64,000 bases of DNA from the NCBI GenBank assembly GCA_052426225.1, contig JBNJNM010000011.1, forward strand, positions 4,774,001 through 4,838,000. The letters run 5' to 3'. The translations under genes were made by a program, and so were the position numbers. Each line of letters starts with the position of its first letter. Position 1 is the first letter of the stretch. Shown here piece after piece: positions 12,554-25,832 of the stretch. Below the pieces are notes generated by a model. That model was given only the letters and a program-made list of their open reading frames with translations. It had not been told where the DNA came from and did no database searches. This stretch comes from Zancudomyces culisetae HAW-14-8. Its lineage: Eukaryota; Fungi; Kickxellomycota.

Positions 12554-15500
12554 ATATTTGAAAATGATGTATCATCCCTGTTTGAATAATAAAAATAGCG
12601 ATAACAAAAACAAATACAAAAACAAAAAATTTATATGTGTCCGGTACACTTGAATAAAAATCGTGACAAACTTGGGTGTATATATTGAAAATTATTGTCC
12701 GGCTTTCATTAAAAAAACTACACAAATACAAAAGAACAAGGAGTGAATAGACATAATAAGAAAAGCGATATTTCATATATAGACTAATAAGCACGACATG
12801 TAATTCTCTCACTAAAAAAACTTTTTTTTTTTGAACATTTGTATAATACACACATTATACTACTGGATTAAATAAAAGTCACAAACCTCAGCAATTATCA
12901 AGCTAAAAAGCCCATTGTGCTAGCAAAAAAGTTAAAGGATACAAATTAGGTGTTTTATATGCTCGGAAAGGAAACGCAAAACACACTTGCAAAAAAATAA
13001 AACTTTTTAACCATGTGCTGATGAGGAAAAGTGGTGATTGAGTAATAATAAAGTAGGCTTTATCTAGTTTTAAAGCACCATCTTGTACTAAACGTCAGCT
13101 ACAACTCTTTTTTCCCCCTCCCCCCCAAAAAATATATCACCATTTATGCAAACGTAGCGTTTGAAATAATTAAGAATAAAAATGTTACACACAAAAGGTA
13201 TATGTCCGGATATGGAGTTTTGTACTTGAGAGATATTGTAGATTAGTTATACTCTACTTTATTTATTTATTTTTATTATTGGTTTTTCACATTAAAAGTT
13301 GGTTGGTAAATTATCCGCTAGCAGTGTAATCAATCACTTTACAATCAGAAAAACTATATAAACGTTGGTGATAAAATAAGACAAGCGAAAATGGTTCACG
13401 AACTTTTTAGGAAACATAAACATTTTAGCACACATAGCAACAGCCACGACCATCATTCTCCCAAACATGCACATACTCCATATAAACATTATCTAATTAA
13501 TAGTACTCCTCAGAGCGCAAAAGACCTGCAAAGCACTGAGTACGGAAGACACGGATGTGTTGGAGATGGTACAAAGGTATCACTGGCACCTTTTTTTTGC
13601 TTGAATTGAAGAATACAGTGTATTCTAGGAGTATCGAATGCTATTGATAAAAGAAATAACCATCCTTTCCACTAGGAAATACATTTTGCAAATTTTACTA
13701 TGAGATCTAATCGTAGTACTTTAGTCAGAGTATGAACATGTGTAAATAAAAAAGATACATAGAACCTCGACAATAATAGCCAGGGTGTTGCTTTTATTTT
13801 TGGTGCTAGTTCAGTCCTGAATAATCAATATTACTGAAACATAACACCGTGTTTTATTTCCAAAAGTTTTTCCTTTTTTTCAATAAACTCATGTACTGAA
13901 TTAACTATACTAGACCAACACAGAAATAATAAACCCAGTCTGGGGGAGAGGTAGAAGGGAATGGTACTCATTAAAATTAGGTCAGCAATCTTACTTTTGA
14001 TCATCATAGTTTTCCAATGCTGTTTGATTTGTGTCTCTGGTGGGTTTAGAAAATGTGGTGATACAAACGGGAATAACGATAATATAGAAAGAAATCATTG
14101 AGTGAATTATCAAAAAGTTTAGTTGTATTTACACAAAATCTCATAGTTTGGCTTAGCATTTTCAAACTTTGGCTCAAGTGAAAAAAATACCCAGGACAGC
14201 CAAGTTAGATTGTGTGAATATGTGATTTTTTAAAAGTAATTCACGTATATTTTGGTTTCCAATTTATATCATAGATCTGTGTCACATGCAAGGACCATGT
14301 GCAACTCTATTTTATTTCCCATATTCTTGTTTCTCTAGTGTTGGTACTATCATAATTCTTTTTGTAGTAAAATACTATGAGTTTGGTTAGAGCTGTATTA
14401 AGTGATAGATCAGAAGACTTGAAAATAAAACCAGAGATAACCTGAGACTTGGATCGATATTAAGGCAATGTTTTGGTTATTAGTGGGATAAATTGAGAAA
14501 AATACGGGACATTGCAATAAGTAGAGTACATGGAGAAAAAAAAAGTGAGAAGAGAGAGAGGGGGGTTGTTTTGTGGTCAATAGAATTCGATTTTCTTATA
14601 TTCTCATATCATCTAGTACGTTTAGTAACTCTCTTTATGTGTTATAAAAAAATTTTTCGTGGACGAAAAGAAAATGGACAAAAGAGGACAAATGCGACAA
14701 CAAAAAGTAGAATTAGTGTGTGATTGAAAAAAAAGGGTGGTGCCTGTTGCTACTTTTCTTTCAAGACATAGTGGAACTGTATGGTTTAATTTTGAATTAT
14801 TATGGTCTCACTTTCATTTGTGCTCTTATCAAATACCATTTGTACCTGCTTAACTTAATTGGGAGGTGTGAGTTTGAACTTAACAACACCATGTATTGCA
14901 TCGCATTGAATTATTATATTTCTTTGTTTTGTCGTAATTTCAATTGTTTTATTCTTTTATCAAATATATACACCATAGCTTTGCTGTGGCAGGATTATTA
15001 TTATATTGTGTTTGGTTTGGTTTGTTGTCTGTGTTGTATTGCGATTTTATTTTATTTTTGAGCATTTTTTCCCTTAATTTTACATATGGTGTTATAGACC
15101 CAAGACTTTCAATTAAATGAAAGCAAGTCTGAAAGAAAAATACCACTCATTCGCCTTTCTTTAAGTCCATCCATTATTCTTCAAGAATAATAAAGATGTA
15201 AGATTGGTGCTTTCAAAAAAAATGATATGCATAGAGAGACTAGGCAGCATACGGATGTTATGGATATATGTGTAGCATTTATAGCTTCCATAGAAGAATT
15301 TGGTAAAAATGATATAGGATGGGAATGAGACTATATTCAAATTTAGTCCAGTTTTCAAATTAAACCAGTTACATGAATTGTAAATGTATTGAAAATGACA
15401 AATGGAATTAAAAATGGTACTGAAGTACACCCGCCAGAAAGCCAAAATTTGAGAAAGCTGAAAAAATTGACAAAAAAAAACCGCTGCGATTCTCCCTTTT

Positions 15501-16386
15501 TTTTGTATGTTAAATTTGGAACGTTTTTGATTATTTGCTAACCTGAGTGATATAATTAGCCGAATCTGCAATAACTCTGATTGTTTAGATTATTTTTAAT
15601 TGATAGACATTATCCATTATTACGTTTAGAAAAAAATTTATTTTGTGTAACCCATTGTTACCTCATAAAAACCGTGATTAAAAAAAAAAGTTGCCACAAT
15701 AGTGGTGAGGGGAAAAGTTAAAATATATTTTACATCACACCCTTCCTTCTAATGTAGTTTCTCAATATACTAGCTTTTTGTGCTTATATTATAGAAAAGA
15801 GAACTAAAAACTAGTGACCAACAGAGTAGTATATTGCTGAAAAACATCGGAATTCCGACGCTTTCAATTAGACTGACGATCTACTATAAGGACAAATAGT
15901 ATACCGTATTAATTGTATTTGTGTCAGTTATCCCCCCCTCCCCAAAAATACGCTCAAAAACTCAAGAGTAAAGCGCTAAAAGGCTTTAAATAGAACGCGG
16001 GTGGTAGCTATAGCTAGAGCCCGGCATCAAGTACCCAGGATATATATTTATACACCTTGACGATCGACATTCGGGAACACCTCCTTTTAGATAATGATAC
16101 ACAACCATATGACACTAAACCCAAATAGTCACATATTTAACTTTTTATAGCCGAGAAATGAAGATAGTTGAGAAATATTTGGATATAGGGAACAACATAT
16201 TAACAACTTTAAACAGAATAAACGTGAATAAAGCTAAATATCGATTGGTATAGAAGAAGCGAATATATTGAGTAGCAAAATTAAAGTAAAAAAAAACAAG
16301 CACAGCTTTTCTCGAGGTGGAAATATCAATAAAGTTTATATCGCTGGATCGTATTGGATCAAACTACGAAAAGGAAGAAAAGAGAA

Positions 16387-19308
16387 ATGGATAAAGTGGA
16401 GATGCTTGGGATAAATTTTAATCCAGATCTAACGCTTGAATTTGGATTAGAAAGAGTACTTTTAAGAGAGAACGAGTGCGAAGAAACTAAACAAACACGA
16501 AATCAGTTGGAGGTTAAAGAAAAATCCAAGGGGAAGGGAAGAGGGAAAGAGAAGGAAAAAGGGTGTGAGAGAGAAACTAATAATGGAGGAATAGAGGGAA
16601 TAGAGGAAAACAGATACTTAGAAAGAAGTAGGAGACAGACAAAAATAAAGGGAAAAGATCTAGAGGGGGTAATAGATGATTATGTGTTAAACTATAAGGA
16701 GAATGGTATTAATAATGAGAAGCAAAATGGTGTCAGTAAAAATTCAATAAACGGAGAGAAAAATGGTGATGCTTTTATGGGAGAAGGTTTGGAAACTACA
16801 CGTATAGAGCTAGGAAAAATCAACGAAATTGATATAAATTGGATAACAGCTGAATATGAGGCAGTTGGAGAATTGAAGCGGGAGATGCTGAAAAAAGAAA
16901 AGCTTGCTGAAGAGGAATATGGCGATGTCGGCAGCGGAGAATCAAGCGCAGAGGGGCTGGATGTACCAACAGGAATTGGATTGGGGGTTGGTGGAGTGGA
17001 AATAGGCGAAATCGGAAGAATAGATGGGGGAATAATAGTGGAGTACAAAAGGGAACATGATGATATATGGCTGCCGGCAAGACTACACCCCGAGATCTCA
17101 CCCGCTCAGTATAGTACATGGATAGAAAAGTACGGAGGGCAGATTAAAAAGATGAAAAGTAAACGGAATAAACGAAGATCAAGACTAGGAACAATGTCTT
17201 ATTCAATTGAGTCATTGGAGGAAAGGGAAAGTGGGAAGGTTGATGAAAAGTTACAATTGGCTTTTGAAGAAGAGAAAACCAAGGCAATACAAAACGTGGA
17301 TTTAAATGGATTTGGGGCGTGGGAGGCAGATAAAGAATATGCACAAAGGGATTTGGAGGAGAATGGGGTGGACATATTTGTAACAAGCATGAAGTGTAAA
17401 AGTGAAAATGGCGATTCAGGAGAGAGGATGAAGATAGGTGCGATACCACTAATGATACAAGAGGGGCATAAATCGACACTCAAACGAAGCAAGCTGATTA
17501 ATAAACGAAGAGATACTAAACGCTCTGAGGTACAGACAGTGAGTGATATAAGTGAGGGAGGAATAGCGTGTGATGAATATCATCGAAGGAAATACCAGAG
17601 CAGGTCTCAAAGTAGAAACGAAGGTGCAAAAGAGGATGGGGTGGCAAAAGGCGTTGGGGGAAGAGATGAGACTAAAGCTGAGTGGCTAGAAAATACACAA
17701 AAAGAAGATATAAACTCATGCGAAAAGATAAGTACAAACCTGGATGTAGATTTAGATGCGAATGGTAAAGAAAGGGTGAGAGCGAGGGAAGAAAGCAAAA
17801 TGATTAAAAAGGTGGCAAGAAAGTTGTCCTTTTTATCTGTTCATGGGTCGATACGAAGAAAATCAAAATATAGATCACATACTGAAAGTAGACAGAGTGG
17901 ACAGGGTGAGCGGTTGAGTAATATAGATCAAAAAAGTGTGGAGGGAGGGGATGAAGGGAGAGCGAACATAAATAAAACGCATTGGTTTAGAATGAGGCGT
18001 GTAAGCAGTCAGAGGGTGGAACTGGAAAGGGGAGACGAAAAGGGTGTTGGATTGGAACGCTCGAAAACGCTATTAGATTATTTTAAGAATGGAAAAACCG
18101 GAAGTAAAAGTAAAAGGAAAGAAAAAGGAAAAGGAAAAAAAAGAGAAAAGGATGGAAAAAAGAAGGGAAAGGGGAAAGGGAAAGGCGAGGCGGGGAAAAG
18201 CGGGAAAAGAGAGTCAGAACAAAGCCAAGACACAAGTACAACAGATGATGACCGCAGCGATGAAATTCCAATTCTGTTGCGACCGGAACGACCGAATCCA
18301 ACTCCACTGATGATGCTGGCAAGTGCAAATAGTCTCAGCGAAATCAATGGAATTGGAGGCCGCCTCTCACCAACAATGAATCTCCTAATGATTGACGAGA
18401 AGGACTATCCATTACAACAACCACACCAGCTAATGCAGCTTCAGCTTCAGCTTCAACTCCAGTTTCAACAGCAGCAGGCTCAGCAACAGCAGGTTCAACA
18501 ACAGCAACCACCATTACAACAATCACAGTTGCAGTCGCAACTGCAACAACATCTACACCAACTTCAGACTCAACAAACTCCGCTTATTTTTAGGCGACTC
18601 AAGGATGCATTTACTGGCAATAGCAAAGTCAGCACCACAAACTCTGTTCAGAGCCAGCCCTCGAAGCCACCACAGAATCAACGATACCCTATCCAAGTAG
18701 AACGTGCCATTTATAAACTAGCCTCAATCAAACTGGCAAACACAAAGCGGCCTTTACACCAACAAGTACTGTTAACCAATATGATGTTTTGGTATCTAGA
18801 GGAAATGAACAACTCGAGTGTTTTTCCCTATCTAGCATCTCCTCAAAACTCAATGAACCTCCCCAGCATGAACAGTAACAACAATTATAAGCTCGCTGAT
18901 GCGGATAATTCTGGAAATATCTTTGTAAATGGGAATGGTGACCTTTTACACAATACACTGTTATTTAACATGGAAAATAACAGCACTGACGCCAATTCCA
19001 ACCCCAACAACACCTCCAACAGAAATGACAACAGTTCTAGCCTATTGAATAATCTCGATTATTATAGCAATGGCAGAGACAGTAATGGAAATGGCCTTGA
19101 AAATCTCAAAAATGTACGCTCTGGTCTACCATCAGTCGATATTAATGCTGAAAAGGGGGGTTTTAACCCCAACTCAGCCCCAAGTGCCAAAGTAAATGAC
19201 AAATCAAATTCTCAAACATCGCTAAAGGATAGTAACAACAAAGATAAAAGCAAAAATAAAAATAAAAATAAAACCGAAAAACCTAAAAAAAAGTGGTACC
19301 AGAGCTAG
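16387..19308 (+). CDS. ZDS1: Zds1/Zds2-like PP2A-Cdc55 regulator
   Basis: Zds_C motif RYPIQVERAIYKLASIKLANTKRPLHQQVLLTNMMFWYL and conserved WLPARLHPEISP..Y..WIE. First ATG is 16387 (ORF opens at TTG 16354), so the start is uncertain. Confidence 0.85.
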   Translation: MDKVEMLGINFNPDLTLEFGLERVLLRENECEETKQTRNQLEVKEKSKGKGRGKEKEKGCERETNNGGIEGIEENRYLERSRRQTKIKGKDLEGVIDDYVLNYKENGINNEKQNGVSKNSINGEKNGDAFMGEGLETTRIELGKINEIDINWITAEYEAVGELKREMLKKEKLAEEEYGDVGSGESSAEGLDVPTGIGLGVGGVEIGEIGRIDGGIIVEYKREHDDIWLPARLHPEISPAQYSTWIEKYGGQIKKMKSKRNKRRSRLGTMSYSIESLEERESGKVDEKLQLAFEEEKTKAIQNVDLNGFGAWEADKEYAQRDLEENGVDIFVTSMKCKSENGDSGERMKIGAIPLMIQEGHKSTLKRSKLINKRRDTKRSEVQTVSDISEGGIACDEYHRRKYQSRSQSRNEGAKEDGVAKGVGGRDETKAEWLENTQKEDINSCEKISTNLDVDLDANGKERVRAREESKMIKKVARKLSFLSVHGSIRRKSKYRSHTESRQSGQGERLSNIDQKSVEGGDEGRANINKTHWFRMRRVSSQRVELERGDEKGVGLERSKTLLDYFKNGKTGSKSKRKEKGKGKKREKDGKKKGKGKGKGEAGKSGKRESEQSQDTSTTDDDRSDEIPILLRPERPNPTPLMMLASANSLSEINGIGGRLSPTMNLLMIDEKDYPLQQPHQLMQLQLQLQLQFQQQQAQQQQVQQQQPPLQQSQLQSQLQQHLHQLQTQQTPLIFRRLKDAFTGNSKVSTTNSVQSQPSKPPQNQRYPIQVERAIYKLASIKLANTKRPLHQQVLLTNMMFWYLEEMNNSSVFPYLASPQNSMNLPSMNSNNNYKLADADNSGNIFVNGNGDLLHNTLLFNMENNSTDANSNPNNTSNRNDNSSSLLNNLDYYSNGRDSNGNGLENLKNVRSGLPSVDINAEKGGFNPNSAPSAKVNDKSNSQTSLKDSNNKDKSKNKNKNKTEKPKKKWYQS

Positions 19309-20124
19309 GTTCTCATTGATCAGAAAAAAACAGCACCTATTACCAACTGGTAGTTTGAAATTTGTGTTTAATTACCCTCATATACGTTTATGTATCAAAT
19401 TTAATACCCGTTTGTTTATGTTATATATGAATTTGTTTTTTTTTTAGTAGCAAAGTTATCATGTATTATTAATATTTCTACGCTAATAAAATAACTGCCT
19501 CTTTATTACTGTACTTGCAATTACTTGAAGGTGAGCATAAAAATAAGGTATCAGGTGAAAAGCAACTCTCGCATGTCAGTGTACCCTTACTATCTGCAAA
19601 GCAGGATGTAAAGTCGCGATGATTTTGTTAAATCTCTATGTCCTCTGCAAAAGGTATTTTTGATATATGTGCTGGTGCCTCACCTCACTTCACCTCACCT
19701 CAAAAATGTATACCATAATATAATGTGAGGAAAAAAAAATGGAAAAAAAATACGGTGGAATACAAAGAAAATGGCCAAAGTTTGAATGGGAAATGAAATG
19801 GCCAATAGCAACACAACGACCACTTTTCGCTTTGTAGACACAAAGCTGTGCATACTGCCATTAAACCCAGACTTTTTTCATTTTCAATGCCTATTTTCCT
19901 CAAAATTGAATTTTCTATTACATAATTTGGTGTTTAGTGTTTTGTATTTTCTTTATTTACTTGGCCCTCCGTATTCTTTTACATTTTGAAGAAACTATTC
20001 CTTTGGAGTGGATTAAAACGCATTAGAAACATAATTTTATATTCAAGATTCCGAATACTTTAACACTGCTTAATTTACAAAGTCAATAAATAAGAATAAA
20101 TATAAAATAAAAGGAAGGGAAGGG

Positions 20125-21237
20125 ATGGACCAAAAAACATTACAAGTCGTATCGGAATTCCTGAAAAGCAGCCCACCTGGCGAAATCGACGATGTATTTA
20201 ATGGTAGGAATTTCAATTTTTGATTGATTCACACTGAAGAATGACTAACAAAAAGTACCATGTAAATAGATGTCCGTGTGTTAGTTGATAATGACCAAGA
20301 ATTCCAACAAAGTATCCAGGAACCGCTCAAACAGTGTAATATGGAGCAGTTCTACGTAGCAACAGTTGATACCACCCTATCGCATCCATCCACATCCTCA
20401 ACTGCAATCAATTTCAAAACAAGCCCAGATCGCGATATAGAGGAAAGTGAGGCAGAGCGCGAGCGAAAGGAGGATGAGAATGAGAATCAAGCTGGCGCTG
20501 GAGTGGAAACTGTTGGGAAAACCGTTATGCTCACCAAGTATAACTATCGTACAGAAACGAACGAGTACTACGACTATGAAAACAAAATCCGGTTCGAATT
20601 TGATCATTTGCGGCTAAAGGCGTACAATGTCCAGCCACTTCCTGATTCCAATCTCATAGATAGCAATGCCAGTGAAGCAGGAAAGATCGAACTTTTTAGA
20701 AATGAGCTCCTTCTACTTGCAGAAACATATATCGAAGAGCACTATAATGGTGGAAAGAGTCTCGTGACCGACTTTATGTGCGACAAAACAAACGAGCATA
20801 AGTATGCTGTGTGTATTGTAAGCAACAAGTATTCGCCCGAAAACTACTGGAATGGACGGTGGCAGGCGATGTGGGAGTATAGTCCTGAAACCGGTAGTCT
20901 AAATGGTCATGTAAAAGTACTGGTTCACTACTACGAGGACGGAAATGTTCAGCTCGCCGTTGAAAAGAAGGATTTGTTTGAACAGCTTGCGCCGTTATCA
21001 AGCATAAGCACAGGTAGCGACAAGGACGAGGTTGAGACTCTTACATTGGAAATATTTGAAGCTATCCAGACATTTGAAAAACAGGTTCAACTCGACATCA
21101 ACCAGAATTACCATGTTCTTTCTGAGCAGACATTCAAGGACCTGCGCCGCAAACTACCACTGACTAAGAGTAAAATTGACTGGCAGAAAATAGCAAATTA
21201 TAATATCGGCGATGCTCTTGCTGGGCAACGACTGTAA
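20125..21237 (+). CDS. CAP1: F-actin capping protein alpha subunit, 2 exons: 20125-20203, 20270-21237
   Basis: SPPGEIDDVFN|DVR joined by intron 20204-20269 (GTAGGA, branch GACTAAC, TAG). Motifs NYWNGRW, VHYYEDGNVQL, FKDLRRKLPLTKSKIDW. Confidence 0.95.
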
Positions 21238-21579
21238 TCCATGTCTATATTTGTTTTTTTATATTCATTATTATCATACCATAACCTTCATCTGATACCT
21301 ACACTCAGTTTTTACCTCTGAATTTGTTGAATAAAAGTATACACATTTTTTGGTTCGTGTCGTGGTCATGTGAATTAACCTGAATGGAAAATTTTTTTCC
21401 AGCAAATCGATCTGGCAAATGTGGTAAACCTCAGTTATTCTAGTTATTAGCGTAAAAAAAAATTTTTTTTTTGGAATTTTTTCTTTTTTTTTTCTGAACC
21501 ATTTAATCAAGGCAAAAGTAGGAAAAAAGAAAAAGAAATTCATACAAAGTATCATATTATATATATAGAAATATAAGCT

Positions 21580-23289
21580 ATGGGAAAACTCAAAAAGGCT
21601 GGACAAGAAGGATCAGTAGCCAAATACACCAGTCGTAACCGCGCACTGAAGCGACTCCAGCTATCGCTCGGCAGTTTCCGACGGCTGTGTATTCTCAAAG
21701 GAATCTACCCAGTCGAGCCCAAGAATCACCAGCGAAAACGTGTACAGAACAGCACAAATTCCAAGTCACCGGCGACAAACACAACATATTACTACACAAA
21801 GGATGTTGCGTACCTACAGCAGGACAGCATTTTGATGCAGCGCGTGCGCGATCACAAGATTTTCAAGCGACAGCTGAAACGTGCAGTTGCACGGCAGGAA
21901 TGGGATAAAGCCAAGCGACTCAAGGAGCTGAAGCGCAAAGAAGGCGGTAGTGGTGATGGCGAGGGGAGTGGGATGCTTGATCACGTTATTTTGGAACGGT
22001 ATCCGCGGTTTGAGGATGCACTGGGAGATCTGGATGATGCACTGTCTCTGGTTTGTTTGTTTAGTTACGACAGTACCATTCCAACAAAGAGCGGATCGGC
22101 AGCCAGCAACAAGCGATTGGTCAACAGTTGCAGACGTTTGAAGCTTCAGTTCCACAACTACGTTGTCCACACACATGCGTTGCGCAAGGTGTTTCTGAGT
22201 GTCAAGGGCGTTTACTACCAAGCGGTTATTCATGGTACCACTGTTACCTGGCTTGTCCCATACAACCACACAGGAAACGCTGCATCACTTTCTGGTAGCT
22301 CTAACCAACAGATTATTGGTGTTGATTTTAAGGTCTTGTGGAGTTTTTTGGAACTATACCAAACACTAATTGGTTTTGTCAACTTTAAACTATTCGATGA
22401 GTTGGATCTTGTAGCCACTACCACAGCCAACACAAAAAACGTGGCTGAATCATTAGGACTAGATTTATTGGGCTGTTTGGCTATCAAAAACAAACCATCG
22501 TCCATTGCACTTCCAATTCTCGATTCTAATGCAGCTCCTGAAACCCAAGCTCAAGAAACAGCTACAACTACGACTACAACTACAACCGCAACTACGACCA
22601 CAACTACAGCTACAGTAGACACATCAGCAACAGCAACAGCAGATGCCGATTCACACCAACAACCTCTTCTATTCTCCAATATTACGTTTTTCTTGTCTCG
22701 CGAAACTCCTCGTGAATCCCTAGAATTTGTAATCAGGGCTCTTGGTGGTAATGTATGTACGAATTACTATATCAATGGAAACTACAACCCTTCAATCACC
22801 GATTCGTTTGAGGAGATATCTTATATTGTAACCGATAGACCTGAACCTCAATCATCCAGCACCAACAAAAACGTCATCTACGTTCAGCCTCAGTTTGTTT
22901 ATGACTGTGTAAATGCAAACAAGCTCGTTAACCACACTCTCTACCACCCAAAAGTTGCTGACCTACCACCACATCTTTCTCCATTTGTCACATACAAACC
23001 CGGTGATTATATTCCTCTCCAACACCGTGCTGGCTCCCTCGAGGTTGAAGACAGCGGAGAAACAGGAACCCATTATTCTGCCAACCCATCACTCGATAAC
23101 TCATCCTCTGCTCACGAATCTGTCCTTCTCGCCAAACCTCTCCTTTCCAAGAAGAAGCGCAAGTTGTTTGATCGTATCCAACACGGTTATCAGCGCCGCA
23201 AGGCTGATGCTGACAAACTTGAACAGTCACGTCTTCTTGCTGATTCATCCACTCTTGAACAACATGGCTCCGACTCTGGCTCTTCTTAA
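21580..23289 (+). CDS. NOP7: Pescadillo homolog (ribosome biogenesis, BRCT domain)
   Basis: FRRLCILKGIYPVEP, ERYPRFEDALGDLDDALSL, FFLSRETPRESLEFVI, VQPQFVYDCVN, LPPHLSPFV. Confidence 0.96.
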   Translation: MGKLKKAGQEGSVAKYTSRNRALKRLQLSLGSFRRLCILKGIYPVEPKNHQRKRVQNSTNSKSPATNTTYYYTKDVAYLQQDSILMQRVRDHKIFKRQLKRAVARQEWDKAKRLKELKRKEGGSGDGEGSGMLDHVILERYPRFEDALGDLDDALSLVCLFSYDSTIPTKSGSAASNKRLVNSCRRLKLQFHNYVVHTHALRKVFLSVKGVYYQAVIHGTTVTWLVPYNHTGNAASLSGSSNQQIIGVDFKVLWSFLELYQTLIGFVNFKLFDELDLVATTTANTKNVAESLGLDLLGCLAIKNKPSSIALPILDSNAAPETQAQETATTTTTTTTATTTTTTATVDTSATATADADSHQQPLLFSNITFFLSRETPRESLEFVIRALGGNVCTNYYINGNYNPSITDSFEEISYIVTDRPEPQSSSTNKNVIYVQPQFVYDCVNANKLVNHTLYHPKVADLPPHLSPFVTYKPGDYIPLQHRAGSLEVEDSGETGTHYSANPSLDNSSSAHESVLLAKPLLSKKKRKLFDRIQHGYQRRKADADKLEQSRLLADSSTLEQHGSDSGSS

Positions 23290-23822
23290 TTGTTTCTTGC
23301 TCTACTAGTTTTGTCTTATTTCTACCCTTTCGTTTTCTTCATTTCCTCGTTTTTGTCAACTTTATATATGTATGTAAATAAAATGGCCGTATCAAGGTAA
23401 GCGCTGATCACATGAACTCTCTTTCTTATCCCACCTCACCAGTTTAAAGATTATTATTTCCCACATTTTCTTTGCTTTGTTCTGAATTCCTTGGCTTACT
23501 CATATCACTGCCCAGCTATTGGGTAACAAATTTACGGGCTTTACTCAACTTTGCCTCATTTTTTCCTTGCATTCTTTCTCTTTTCCTCACTTCATTCTCT
23601 TCCTGTTCCATGAGCATGCTGCGTTTTCTCTTTTGGTAAATAGTTATTAACTTGTTAACATAAAAACAGCGAAAAATACGCACAAAGAATAAAAAGAGCA
23701 ATTAGATCTAATTCCAGACTTTGGGTGCTTGGGGTATAGTGTACATTATATTACTCAATTTCCATCACTAGCTTGAAATCCGAATTTATCTATAACAGAA
23801 AGAACACAAGGCAAAAAGGAGA

Positions 23823-24883
23823 ATGTCAAGAAGGAAGCGTATTGAAACCGATGTTATGAAATTGTGAGTCTTCCTGGCTACTTTGTTCTTGTACCTATTT
23901 CTAAACCCTGAACACCGACTATAGTTATGCTAACTCGCCTTATCTACACTTAGGTTGATGAGCAATTATGAAGTTCGACTAGTCAATGATAATGTACAAG
24001 AACTTTATATTACTTTTTGTGGTCCTCAAAATTGTAAGTCCCAAACTGCTTTTTCTTACACATTTTATCTCTAACGACAATAGCCACTAACCCTCTCTTT
24101 TCCGCATCACTTTTTTTTCGTAGCGCCTTATGAAAATGGAACCTGGAAAATCCATGTTGACATTCCAAACGACTACCCCTATAAATCACCGTCTATTGGC
24201 TTTGTAAACCGTATTTTTCACCCAAATATCGATGAAAAGTATGTTTTTTCTTTTGCTTGCGAGTATATTCACAGTACATAGGTATGAGACTTGACGATGT
24301 GTAAATGCGTTTATAGGAGTGGTTCCGTTTGTCTAGACGTAATTAACCAGGCATGGAGCCCTATGTTTGATATTCTCAATGTATTTGAGTCGTTCCTACC
24401 TCAGCTTTTATCGTATCCAAACCCGACTGACCCGCTGAATCCTGCTGCTGCTCAGCTTCTCCTGCGCAGCCCGTCCGAATTTGAAAAAAAAGTTAGAGGT
24501 AATGCACCTTTTGAGTTGTACAATACAACGCTTGTTTTTATATGCAGTGTATTTATGAGGGGATGTTATGTTTATAAACTACTATACGATTATCAAAAGA
24601 AAAGGACAAACTATAAACCATAAACCAAACAATAGAACATGTGAGCAAACATGCTATGAGCGCCTCGAAAAATCCAAAAATGCAATCGAATCGTTCTCCT
24701 AACGCGGACTCTACATCCAAGGCTGGTTTAAAAAATAATGGTAAAAACGACGGCAAGGATGTTGGGGATTCTGGAAATATTAATTACAAAGAGAATGAAA
24801 GAAACGAGGAGGGAGAGGAAGATGAAAAGGAAGAAGAAGAATACGATGATCTGAGTTCGCTGGGCTCGTGTAGTTCACCCTGA
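23823..24883 (+). CDS. UBC8: Ubiquitin-conjugating enzyme E2 (UBC8/UBE2H), 5 exons: 23823-23863, 23954-24033, 24124-24238, 24317-24498, 24636-24883
   Basis: Four GT-AG introns give [21 protein letters not shown]...[40 protein letters not shown]...[15 protein letters not shown], plus an acidic tail. Confidence 0.94.
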
Positions 24884-25156
24884 GTTGGTTCTGAATACAA
24901 TCTTTCTTAGCCATTACATTACCACACCTTTAGAATTATAGTTTATGCTTGTGTGTACTTTTGTATTTATAATTTTTATCACCAAATAAATATATATGGT
25001 CAAAAGATATTCCCTATCGGAAACTTGGCAGAAACGGAATCTGATAATTTAGCTTGTGTTTTGCTCACTGCAGTCATACATTGCCGTAAAGCACTTAATA
25101 CTCTTTTCAAGCTAGGTAACAACTTTACTAAGCTTTCACTATTTTTATTAGTATTT

Positions 25157-25832
25157 CTATTTCTCAGCAACCATCTCTTTAAAATGCTTGACTACCTCCG
25201 CTTTAGGTGCGCAACAATCCTTATAGCTTGTCGTACTCCTACAAGTTTCGCTCCACTTCACCACCCGTGCAATTTTTAGGTCTTCAATATCAAGTTTGAG
25301 GTTAAAAATTGATCCAACATTGATATGAACGCCAAACCAGCTAGCGAAAAGTGTTCGCCTAGAAACTATGACCCAGTCTGAGACTGCTTCTCCAAGAGTA
25401 TATTAACTTCCCGAAGAAACTGAGTACATTTTTTCCACTCTGCAACCTTTTTCTCGGGTTTTCTCATTAGAATAAAGTATATCAACGGGTTTATTTGGCT
25501 GCACGTTTGCATGAAAAATCTGATTCTAGGACGGCTAAGCGGATCAGTGGGCATTAACTCAGTTCCAGGCTTTAAATCTGCCACATATTCCACAATTACT
25601 ATTGGTTATGTAATAATTTCTACACCACTTCCCCCACTTTCAGGCAGTCTGAGTGCTGGTACTTCATTTTTTCGGGTTTATGTCTCTCTTGTACCATTCC
25701 GGCTTGTCTTGCAGAGTTATTTCGACGTTTTCCAACATAATTTTTGTCTCACTGAGTGCAAGCAGTGCTTTTTGATTTTGAGGACATGCGTGGTAGCTAT
25801 AAAGCGTAATTACCTCTACTAAAAGTCGCCAT
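25157..25832 (-). pseudogene. Glutathione S-transferase (omega-like) pseudogene
   Basis: Pieces ITLYSYHACPQNQKALLAL, LQDKPEWYKRDINP, VPALRLP, IIT*PIVIVEYVAD, LMPTDPLSRPRIRFF, GS*FLGEHFSLA, ARVVKWSETC. Interrupted by about 3 frameshifts and stops TAA (25606-25608) and TAG (25366-25368). Confidence 0.85.

Noticed and set aside
13391-13609. His-rich 72-aa ORF
   Set aside because: Short, in CA-rich intergenic DNA, with no supporting signal.
25366-25670. Stop-codon recoding in the GST gene
   Set aside because: The stops are TAA/TAG replacing different residues and come with frameshifts; ordinary decay.
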